Origin: Craspedostauros australis
Taxonomy: Eukaryota
Assembly: GCA_030167865.1 (NCBI GenBank)
Contig: JALAGF010000347.1
Location: 1-64,000, forward strand
Reading direction: 5' to 3'
Length of the DNA stretch: 64,000 nucleotides
Made by a program: the position numbers and the translations under genes
Shown here: positions 1 to 10,867 of the stretch, piece by piece
How the letters are laid out: every line of letters starts with the position of its first letter
Numbering within the stretch: the first letter of the stretch is position 1
The notes under the pieces: model-generated
What the model was told of the DNA's origin: nothing
The model's input: only the letters and a program-made list of their open reading frames with translations
Databases searched by the model: none

Positions 1-121
1 TGGGTGTTGGCAAGGAAGCGGATTCGAAAAACGAAAATGCGACCTCGCCAATTTGGCGATTCGCGTCTCGCCAATGGAATGAGCTACAGTCCCGCAGCTC
101 AAAATCGATTCACGAGTACTT

Positions 122-208
122 NNNNNNNNNNNNNNNNNNNNNNNNNNNNNNNNNNNNNNNNNNNNNNNNNNNNNNNNNNNNNNNNNNNNNNNNNNNNNNN
201 NNNNNNNN
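122..208. other. Assembly gap (87 N)
   Basis: Run of N characters. Confidence 0.99.
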
Positions 209-665
209 TGTAAAGAAAAGAGGTTCCCACTCGTAGGCGTTGGGGTCAAAAGTTTGAATAACTGATTTCGATTTGTTTATCGCCCAATTATTGGGCGATA
301 GGTCGTAAAGGGATAAACGATAGAGTAATCTCATGCATCATGATGCACATCGTTACCAGGCAGAAGAATCGAATCTGATGTTCAAAGACAAGGCGTTGTG
401 TTGAGCCACCACGCAGAGCTTTCCTTCCTCTCCATGCCCCTATCCAGTCAGTAGGTCGTAATGCACTCGGCAATACACTCGTTCACTCATCCATCTAATC
501 ATATTACTATCATACTGTATTGATTTTATGTACCATTAAGTTTTGTCCATGTCATTGCGTTGCGTTACGTTGCGCCGCATTCGATTTCATTGGAGCATTC
601 GTACATACCAACAATGGCTACCCCAAGCACACGCTCGTGCGGAGCTGATCAAGCAATGAAGATCC

Positions 666-3489
666 TCAATTTCCGCCGCCGCCGCTGTTGTTGCCTTGGT
701 CGTCCTTGTACAGCAGCTGCGGATCGAAGCTGTAATCGGACCGTTCGAACTTATCCGCCCAGTTGCCATCCTCGTGCTCCAGACGGTTGAAGTTGTAGTC
801 GCTGAAGCACCCGTTGGCATCGCAGCATGTGTCGCAGCAGGTGCATTGCACGGTGGCGCAATCGGTTGTGATCACGTCCACGTTACCGCAGTAGTCACCA
901 TCCAGGTTGCCTTGCAGGTTCGCGTTCTGGTGCAACGCCAGCACGGCGAGTTTGTCGCCGCCGATCGTGGGTGCAATCGCGGTGCTGGACAGGCTATTTT
1001 GCTGCAGCATCAGGAAACGCAGCTCCTTCAAGTTGGACAAGTCCGGGATCTCTCCGTCCAGGCCGTTGCTCGCCAGATCCAGTAGACGGAGCTCCGTCCA
1101 GCTGGTGTTGATCCATGCTGGGAGGGATCCGTTACGGTTCGTCTTGTCCATGCTAATCTCTCGCAGATTCTTGAGCTGCTCGTACTCAGACGGGATCGGC
1201 CCTTCCAAGAATTCGTTCTGTCCCATGAACAAGTATCTCAGCTTCGGACACGCAGTGGCGAGCATCGCGTTCATGGGGCCCGTCAATTTGTTGTTCTCCA
1301 GATCCAGATGCTGCAGCTCCGTCAGCTTGGAGATGAAGTCGTTGGACACGATGCCGTCAAACTGGTTGTTGCGCATGGACAAGTACTCCAACTGTGACGA
1401 TGCGATGGAGAGCGCTTCGTTGGGCAGATTGCCACGGAGGTTGGAGTTGCCGGAGAGATCGAGAATCTTCAGGTTCTGATGGTCTTCGAAGAAGTGCCTT
1501 GGGAAGGATTGGGAGGTGAACATGTTGTGGGACAGGTCCAATTCGAGGAGGCTGGAATCATTTTCGTCGTTGAGGAAGACGCCCATATCTCCGGACAGAA
1601 TGTTGTGATCGAGGTACAGATATTCGATGGTTTGCGAGAGCTGCAGAGTGGTGATGTCGCCCGTGAGCAGGTTGAAGTCCAACGCCAATGTCTTCAACTG
1701 AGAGAGGTTGGAGATGGCGGATGGAATCTTCTTTGTCAGTTGGTTGTGCGAGAGTCCGAGAACCTGCAGCTGATCCGCTTTCTCCAGCAATGATTCAGGG
1801 ATGCTGCCAGATAGGTCGTTGTTCTTCAAGTCCAAGTACTCCAATTGGCTCCAGACGTTGCTTGGTTCCGAGGGTGGTTCTGGAAAGTTGCCAGAAACTG
1901 AATTGTGCTTGAGATTGAGAATCTTCAAGAGCGGCAGGTGGTACAGCTCGGCAGGCACGACGCCGTCGAGGTTGTTCGATGCTGTTCGTTTAGTGCCGAT
2001 GCGATTGGGGAGAGTGGAGCATCGTAATGCGAATATCGGAGACGGACGGCAACGAGTGTGAATGTGAGTGTGAATGTATTGTATGGTAGTGTCACGAGCA
2101 GCCCAACTTCCGCAATCCACGATACACAGAGCAGAGTCGAATGGTGGCAATATTCAAAGAACACACAAACATGTACCAAGGCGAGAGTGCGCTCGCATCA
2201 ACAGTCCAAAACTTACGCAGCAGGATGGATTCAATCTTCAACTGACGGTCGCAGGTGACGCCGAATCCGTACGGGACACCATTCTCATCTTCCACCGTCT
2301 CGAACCAATTGCATTCATGATCTTGCGACAGGAAGTTGAGAGATTTGGTCCATTGCGATCCACCCAGGGCGTAGTAGAGCACGGCCACGATGTATCGTTG
2401 CAGGACGCGATCCGCCGCAGAGCTGTCGTCGGCGCCTGCTGGAATGGCGATGTCGTCGACGTCCGCATCGGCGAGCCACTGGATGGCCAGAAACTGCGGC
2501 GACGCGTTGTCCGTCAGGGATGCGGGATCTGAAACATCTCGCGCGGTCAAGAAGTCAAGCAATTGTTGCGTTCTGGCTGCAGCTGTGGTTTCATCGTCAC
2601 CCGAGTCTGCGCTAGCGTCCGTGTCGGGAATTGAGGGTGCATCGTTGCCGTTGTTATCGTTGTTGGTGGTGTCTATGCTTGTGTCTGCAGAAACGCCCGC
2701 GTCCTTGTTGTTTTGGCCGATGAGGTCAAAGAGCAGACCTGTGCCAAGGAAGACGAGAAGCGCGGCCAACAGGATGGCAATGCCCCAAACGATCCTGCGG
2801 AAGCACCTCCTGCGGCGCTGCAGGGACTCGTCATCCTGCTCATCCGCGAAGTTGACGGTGCGGAGATTGGCGGATGGGAAGCCGGACAAGGGCGCCGTCT
2901 CCGCATTCTGCTTTTGGAACATGCCGCTCATCTTCTTGCCGAAGACATGGCGCCTGGAGTTGCGGTGTTCTGATTCCTGCAGGATGGTGGCCGCGAAGAG
3001 CCTTGCTTGCTCGACGCTGGGCAGCTGATCATGCCCCTGGCTGTCTGCGCCGGAGTCTCTGTAGAAGCTGGATTGCTGCTGGAACTGCGAGTTGTTGCGC
3101 GAGACGGGCATTCCGTACTCCGCATCTTCGTCATCGTTATCTGGTGGCTGCAGGTCGTCGTCGTCGCCGTTCTCGGCGTCTTCCACGTCATTCAGCGACA
3201 TGGAAGACCCCTGGCGCTCCCAGTCGAAGCGGCCCTGGCGATCGTCGCTGCCGTCGCCGCCCATGTCCAGCGAGATCTTCTCGCGATTGCCGGACAGAAA
3301 CGAACGCGCGGAGGGCTTGTGGAAGCTTTCCCTGCTGCCGCGGCTTTCGGTGTCGGAGCTGTAGCTCCCGCTGAAATGGTCATCGTCGGATCCGCCGGCT
3401 CCGTGCAGACGCGATGGGCGCAGCGGTGGCTTCTCGCCGGGATCGATGACGTTGGGCGTCTCCCAATTGAACTTGTCGTTGGAGAGCAT
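666..3489 (-). CDS. Type II membrane leucine-rich repeat protein; exons 3489-2217 and 1981-666
   Basis: Disordered N-terminus, a TM helix (IVWGIAILLAALLVFLGTGLLF), an LRR N-cap (SPQFLAIQWL...QRYIVAVLYY...HECNW...GVTC), many plant-type LxxLxLxxNxLxGxIP repeats and a Cys-rich C-cap. The GTAAGT...AACAG intron 2216-1982 joins the two ORFs in frame (ILLP-SNNLDG). Confidence 0.9.
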
Positions 3490-4924
3490 CTTGCTGTCTC
3501 AATGTCCGCAATGTTTCTCTCGTCGTTTCTCTCGTTCTGTTGGTCTGTTGTTCTGAACTTGTACGAGTATGATATTGGTACGGTATTTGTGTGGCGTGTT
3601 GTGGACCTTGGCTGAGTTGTGTTGGTGTTGGTGTTGCACACCACCGGAGGCAAGAGTGTGCTCTGCGTGCTTTGCGCTTTCCCTCAGCTTGATTTTGTTT
3701 TGTTGATGCCTCGTCAACAAGGAATTGATGTTGGTTTGTGTGCGCAAGTGTTGCGTCGTGTCGTGTGCGGAGGACAAAGCGCGTGTTGCTTTCCTGCTTG
3801 CGCGCGTCAACCCCGATTCCTTTTGGCGCTGCGACGTTCTTGTTTCTGGATGTTTTCAATCTTGTTTGTTGGACCACACGGAACAACTCCATCGATACCA
3901 GCGGCTGATAACAAAACCGTATCGTATCCAAGTCACATTTGCGTCGTCACCTTAAATGTTGCCAGGCCACACAGCCTCACTCTTGATTGAGATGACCGCC
4001 TTTCGCGACGTTGCGTCTCTCGGAAGAGGTTTGTTCTCTGCGCTTGCACGCACTTTGACCAGTTACGAGAAACTGAATGGTGCGCATCGGCTATCTGTGA
4101 ATGGAAAGGTTTCCGGATGTCATTTGGGAATGGCGGAAACGAGCTTCTTGCTTGCCGCTCCTCCTCTCTTGTGGCGGACTGCATGATGCAGATGCACAGG
4201 GCACGAAGTTAGTGGGACAACACCAGCCGTGAGCATCAGCAGAGCTAAAACCATCGATAGAATGAGACTCGCTGGTACCAACACTTCACCAGTACGAGAG
4301 CATGGAACAGAGTGTGTATGATCAAGATTGGACAGCGCAACAAAGAAAATGTCCAATCAAGTCAACGCCATGTAATAGCCGCATTTCCATTCCTCCCACG
4401 CATTCAAACTTCAGATACCAGACACGATGCCAGACATCATCCGACATCTCCAGAGAAGGAGAGGATCCCGGAGCATCAAGATAGCGGCATCGCCCATCAC
4501 CGCCCTCTTCGACATCATCCAAACTAGATTGTCCTTGTACCGGTAGATACGCTTGTTGCGTTCGCCCAAGTCGTGTTGCGTTCTCACGCAAACAACGAAT
4601 GATGTTCGAGTCCCATGAATAACTATTTTTCGTGACTAATAAAGAACTACATATGTACTATTCGCAAATCAACGTATCCGGACGACCCGTTCGACCAACG
4701 CATCTCGATCCAAGAAGAACATGAAAATGACACCAAGAGAGTGAAGAACAACGTGAAGAAGAACAATACGATGGACATGGCGACAATGGCGACACTGGTG
4801 ACAACCGAATCAAGATGAGAGCAACAGGCAAAGGAGGGAGATGGGACCACGCACAACCACAACAATTCATTCAACCCCCTCATTACCGCACGAATCCTAT
4901 TACTCTACTCAACGTACTGCCACC

Positions 4925-5922
4925 ATGAAGCTCTCCACTGCCGCCATCACCCTTTGCCTCGCCTCCTCGGCCTCCGCGTTCGCGCCACGCGCCGCATTCA
5001 CCCGCGATGCCGTCCGCGCCCTGCGGAACTCCAACTTCGACCTGTCCGGCAACAGCTGGAAGCCGGATTCCGAAAAGATGGGATCCACCGACACCGGCGA
5101 CTACCTGCCAGAGAACTACGATCCAGAATCCGAGATCGCCTTCTCATCTGGCATGATGGGCAGCCAGGCCATGCTCGATGGCGACCGCGGTGGTCCACAG
5201 CTTCCAGGCATGGAGAACCTCGGTGCCGACGCCATCATGATGGGTGGAATTGAGGAGAATTCTGAAATCCCAGCCGGCATGGAGTTCGTCCCATCCTCCG
5301 TCCCAGACGGCGAGTTCCAGATGAACGTCGCCTCGCAGGCATCAGGTGCGTCGCGCTGTGTCGAGCATGCGTTTGTGTTTGTGAAGATTGTGGGGCAAGC
5401 ATTGGGGCAATTGACACACCATAACGTGATGTGATGTCATGTGATGTGACTCGTCGCATTACCGCCACCTGAAGAACTGCTCTACTCTACTCCACGCTCT
5501 ATTGGTGCTCTAACACTTTCTGCACTTCTCTTCTCTTCTCTCTCCCCTTTCATATCTATTTTACTATTCAACAATGATCTTATTTGCATTCCGGTTCACG
5601 TCCACGTTCACGTTTGCGCACCCACTGCACACTCATTCATCGCCCATATGATTTATCTTCAGGCGAGATCCTGACCATCGAATGCAAGCCAGTTTGCATG
5701 ACCTTCGAGGACTACTTCGCAGCCTTCAGCGCTGACTCTCATCCAACCCTCTCCGTGTCGCCACAGACCGGGCGCATGGACCGAAGAGGCGGAGAGCCAA
5801 CCGTGTTCGAGGTCCTCTGCACCCCCAACGGACAGGGCGGAACATTCACCGGAGATCTGGTCATCAACCTTCCAGAGGATAACTCCAAGATCTGCTACAA
5901 GATCACGGCCAACTGCTTCTAA
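4925..5922 (+). CDS. Plastid-targeted uncharacterised protein; exons 4925-5345 and 5663-5922
   Basis: Signal peptide ending in ASAFAP and strong codon bias. The GTGCGT...TTCAG intron 5346-5662 restores frame (ASG-EILT). Beta-rich C-terminal domain (CMTFEDYFAAF...GRMDRRGGEPT). Confidence 0.85.
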
Positions 5923-6424
5923 GTGAGAGGAGTGATTGATGCGCGCGGAATGACATAGTGCTTGACTCTGGAGTACTCTGACATGGTCAACTCTACTCGT
6001 CAGTGGAAGGGAGTCGACAAGTCGACATTTTGTATTCGAGCAGATTGTAAGTTGAGAACACAGAATCTCTTTCATTCTATGGAGAGTTGACAATGACGAC
6101 GGCTACGGCAATGATGATGAAAGAGGACCATTCGGGCTCAAAGAGAACGCAACCAACAGAACCGATGTGATCCAGTAGCACTTGTAGATGGATCCAACAG
6201 AAGGACAGGGCGAAGACCAAAGGAGTGTTGGAGAGCAAACCATAACAAATGGGATATTGATCTATCATATGTACTCCTACCGACGATTGGAGCGACAACT
6301 GCGCCTACATCAATGATCTGCCCCTGCAACATCAACGAACTGCGACATGCTTGTGAGGTCACATAGGAGTGGAGTACTTTGATGTATGCTGCGAGAGGCA
6401 TCGCTGCAGAGCATGTATCATTAC

Positions 6425-6427
<3 letters not shown>

Positions 6428-6455
<28 letters not shown>
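6428..6455. repeat. (GA)n microsatellite
   Basis: About 14 GA units in intergenic DNA. Confidence 0.95.
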
Positions 6456-6456
<1 letters not shown>

Positions 6457-6875
6457 CAGAAGTGCATATAGATCGTACATAGCCGAGAGTGCTCGTTCTC
6501 TACCTTCAATCCAACAACAGCGGCGCCCAAAGTTGCGCAATCGCCACTCTTCGAGTCACGTAAATCCAGGAATCAATTCCGTTTGTGTTCTGACGTCACT
6601 TTGTTACTCTTTCTGCAACTTGCGATCCAACACGCACAGGAGAAGGCCGAACGAGTTCGATCTTTCGCGCCTCACCACCCATCGCGAATGGAGTTGAACC
6701 GAGCACAACGCAACATCGCCACAGCACAACAGCACGGGCAGAAGTGTAGCACCACCATCACCGTCACTATCATTATCGGCGTTGCTCTGTCACAAACAAT
6801 CTCACGATCGCAATTCATAAGGTTGGACTGTTGATCACGCCATCGAAAGGTCGAAACGAGTATTCTACAACGCAG

Positions 6876-8974
6876 ATGAACATTCCGAAGATGCGGTCCT
6901 CCAGCCGCACGCGGGTCTTCCCGACCTTGGCGTTGCTATGCTTGTGCACCATCGCAACGCTGATGCAAGATCGCAACATGGCGATGGCATTCGTACATCC
7001 TGCGCGCGGACGGACGCAGGTGTCGCGCAATGCTCCAACTTCCCTGAACAGCTGGAACGGCAACAACAAGGACGAGGCCGCCATCGAAGAGGAGGCACGT
7101 ATTCGCATCTACGAATCCAGACGAATGCAGATACGCGGCACCCTCAAGTCGGCCGAATCCCTGCGCAACTTCCGCATCGCCAACGATCTCATCCCCGAGC
7201 TGGATGAGGATGGCAAGCCCATCAAGTCCGACGGCAAGCTGGCGCTGTCCGCCACGGCGTTCGTTGTGGCAGCCGGCGCCATCGCGCTGCGGGTAGGTGG
7301 ACGTGCGGCATTGATCAGCACGATCGGTCTGGATTTCATCACTGAGAATCCGGACTTGCAAAACCAAATGAATCAGATCCTGGAGTTCTCGGATTCGATG
7401 GACATTCTCACCAAGCTGGGGTTGTTCTGTCTGGCGTGGACCGTCATCAAGGTGTCATGCTTTGATGCCGGGGCTATCGCTCTGGCCCTGTCATCGGGCA
7501 TTCTCTTCGGTGGTGTGTTGCAAGGTGCCGTCGTGTCGGCATTCGGTGCGACTGTTGGTACGTACAAGTGTGCTGAATGCCATCGCACTCTGTTTGGCTG
7601 CCGTCAGAGCGCATGTTGATGCGGCGATGTCAAGCGGAGTACTCTACTTGCCTTTATTCCACGGCAATTGATGCTCATTCAAATCAAGTCGGGTACACTA
7701 TGCTTGATTGTGCCAACTCCATGTGGTCTTCACACATGTACTCATCTTTATTCTCACGCCATCTGTACCGCGCGATATTCGGACGATGCTTTGCTCCTTC
7801 GCCAATTTATTGCACAGGCTCCAGCGCCGCGTTCGGATTGGCCAAGCTGGACACACCCGTGCGCAAGAAGGCGTTGGAAATTGTGGAAGATAATCCATCA
7901 TTGCGTGGCATCGAAAAGGTTGTTGCCAAGGATGGATTGAAGGCCATCCTCACACTGCGGTTGGCACCCATCCTGCCTATCCCGATTGGATTTTACAACT
8001 ACGTCTACGGTGTGACCAACGTTCCTTATCTGGATTTCGCTGGCGGCATCTTCTTGGGATCCATGAAACCCTATCTGTTGGACAGCTACCTCGGATATTT
8101 CGGAAAGACGCTGGTGGACGGTTCAGCATCGCAGGACGGCGGTCTGCAGGATATCATCCTCCTCACGGCGTTGGGTGTCAGCGTTCTGATCGGCGTGTTT
8201 GCATCGCAGCTGGCGAGCGAGACTTGGGATACGGTGCTGGAAGAGATAAAAGCGGAGGAAGCGGTGACGGGGAAGGACAAACCGGACGACGACAAGATCA
8301 TGCGCGAGATTTTCGGACTCACCCTGCCGCAATGGATCGTCGGATTTCAGCTTGCTTTGAAGGAGGCCGAGGTCCGTGTCAACGGCATGATCGATGCGGA
8401 GGTGGCGGCGAAGGCATGGAATTACACGAAGAGCGATGGTGACAACCCGGTGCCCCGAACCATCGATCCGGCCAAGGCAGTCGACAGCCCAGAAATGTTG
8501 GGTGTGAACAAGGGCATCGACTATGGCGGCTCGCTGTGCGAAGGATTGGTGCTGAGCCCGTGCCTGTTTTCCATCTACTTGACTCTGGCTGATCCGCTGT
8601 ACGATGAAGCAGAGGCCGCCAAAGCCAAGGAGGCAATCGCAGCAGAAGCAGCAACTGAAACAACAACAACGACAGCAGCGGCGGCGGACTCGGTGATCGA
8701 GCCAACACCTTCGACGGAAAGCTCTGCCAACGCAATTCTGACATCTTCAACTGCATTGTCAACGGACACACCGCCGCCGGCCGCGTCAGCAGCATCAGTC
8801 CCAACCAAGGAGAGCTTGCGCACTCTCTCGAAGGATATTAGCGATGGTGCGAAGGAGAAGCTTGTGATACTGTCGCAGAAATTGGATAACCAGAATCAGG
8901 GCAGCAGTAGTAGCAGCAGCAGCATCGATGCCAGCACAGAGGACAAACCAGATAGAGATGTGCTCAAGATATGA
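6876..8974 (+). CDS. VTT/SNARE-associated (TVP38/TMEM64/DedA family) membrane protein, probably plastid-targeted; exons 6876-7557 and 7818-8974
   Basis: Motifs SSGILFGG..QGAVVSAFGATVGSSAAF and LRLAPILPIP..FYNYVYGVT. Intron GTACGT...CACAG 7558-7817 is in frame. Signal-like N-terminus with AMAF. Start could alternatively be 6891. Confidence 0.85.
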
Positions 8975-9470
8975 GAATGATCACTGATGAACTATTAGTA
9001 GGCAGTAGTATTAGTAGTCACTGTGAAACTCCTACAATAGTGTCATGATTATTATACTCTTGTGTGCAACAATGCACGAGTTCCGGATGAGAGATGTACG
9101 AGTGATGTATTATTATTAATATGTACTCGTATTGGTACTCGTATTGTACTCGTATGGAGTCAAGTAGAGAGCCTTCTTGTTGACGGTCTTTGGTGATCGT
9201 TGGCGGGCAACTGCAGCTCCCTGAGCACCTTCTTCGCCTCGTTTCCAACGGTCCTCTTGTGCGTGTTGTCGATGAAAAACAAAGGAACGAAGGAACCCAC
9301 AATTCACAACTCACAGTTCACAACACACAACCATAATTCTCATTGCAATCCCTCTCCACTTTTCTTCACCTCTCGCAAACAAATTATTATATACAGCAGC
9401 CACAACAACACTGTCACCAACGACATCAGTTCCATCCAAGCACAATTTCACACACGATCAAACATCGAAC

Positions 9471-10434
9471 ATGAGGCCATATTGCATATCATCCGTACTG
9501 CTACTGCTTGCTTCGTGCGTGAGCATGACGTCCGCAACGTACAAGGTGCCGTTGGAGAAAGCGGCAGAGCCAAAGATGGATCCCATTCCGTGAGTGCAGG
9601 TGGTGCCAACGCTGCAGGCGATTTGCATGCGTATGCGCATGTGCAGATTCAGCAGCCACTGCGCTGTGCGAGGGCTTGTTTTTCTGGAAGCACACGCTCT
9701 ATTGATTGCGTCCATGCCACCGTGGCTTCGTACTATTAGTACCTACTGTGGAGATCAACCATCGCTAACTCTGCTCTACTTCTGTTCCATTTATTCCCCA
9801 ATCCCCTCCCCGCCCATACTATGCTAAATTTATTGTATTCCATGACAGGATGCTGCCAGCCATCACACAGAGGGTCTTCATGGACATCGAAGTGGATGGC
9901 AAGTCCATCGGGAGGATCGTGTTTGGCTTGTTTGGTGGCATTGCGCCCAAGGCGGCCGAGAACTTCATCGCCATGTGCCTGTGCGATCACGGTGTGGGCA
10001 AGCAAAGCGGCAAGCAGCTGTGCTACAAGCACTCCAAGATACATCGCGTCATTCCCAACTTTGCCTTTCAGGGTGGAGATCATGTGCACGGCGATGGCAC
10101 CGGGATGGAGACGATCTACGGTGAGCTGTTTCAAGACGAATCGTTCGAGGTCAAGCACAATCGAAGGTACATGCTGAATGCGGTCAATGCGGGAAAGAAG
10201 AACACGAACGGATCGCAATGGTTCGTGTCCACCGTCAAGACGCAATGGCTGGATGGCAAATACGTCATCTTTGGGATGGTGCTGGAGGGAATGAGAGTGA
10301 TGAACAAGATCGAATCGCTGGGCAGTTACAGCGGCATCCCCAGTGCTGAGATCGTGGTCGCCAATTCAGGATCGCTGCCAGCCAAAGATGGAGATGAGAC
10401 ACCCCGTCTCGTCAGCTGGAAGCTCAAGAAGTAA
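9471..10434 (+). CDS. Cyclophilin-type peptidyl-prolyl isomerase with signal peptide; exons 9471-9589 and 9849-10434
   Basis: Motifs GRIVFGLFG, HRVIPNFAFQGGD, NTNGSQWF, WLDGKYVIFG. The upstream exon encodes MRPYCISSVLLLLASCVSMTSA and is joined by a GTGAGT...ACAG intron. Confidence 0.9.
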
Positions 10435-10867
10435 GGGTGGTGCCATGCATCGGTGCATCGAACCTCATACCTCATACACGTACGTTGGGAAGCTGATGAG
10501 GAGAATACCGAATCAATTCCGCTTAGAGTATTATGGATGAGAGTGTTACAGCTCTCTTGCGGGTGTGCCCCACACATGCACCATTCATCCATTCATTGAC
10601 ATGACAAAGATCAGTCAACCAGCCCCGAAGCAACACATCAACGCTGGCAGACACATACAATGAAGGATAGGCCGGTGGTATTGCACAACATGGACATTAT
10701 TTAGTACGGTAATTGTAGACTTTGTCATCTTCTTTCTTCCTTGTTTTTTGTTCGTTCTGTCTCTGTCGCTTACACATCCGTTGTTTGTTGCCGCCGCGCC
10801 AGTCAAGACGCTGCACGATCATCCTTGTCGCTTCCGTCGTCGTTGTCAGGCACACCAAGCTGTTCGC

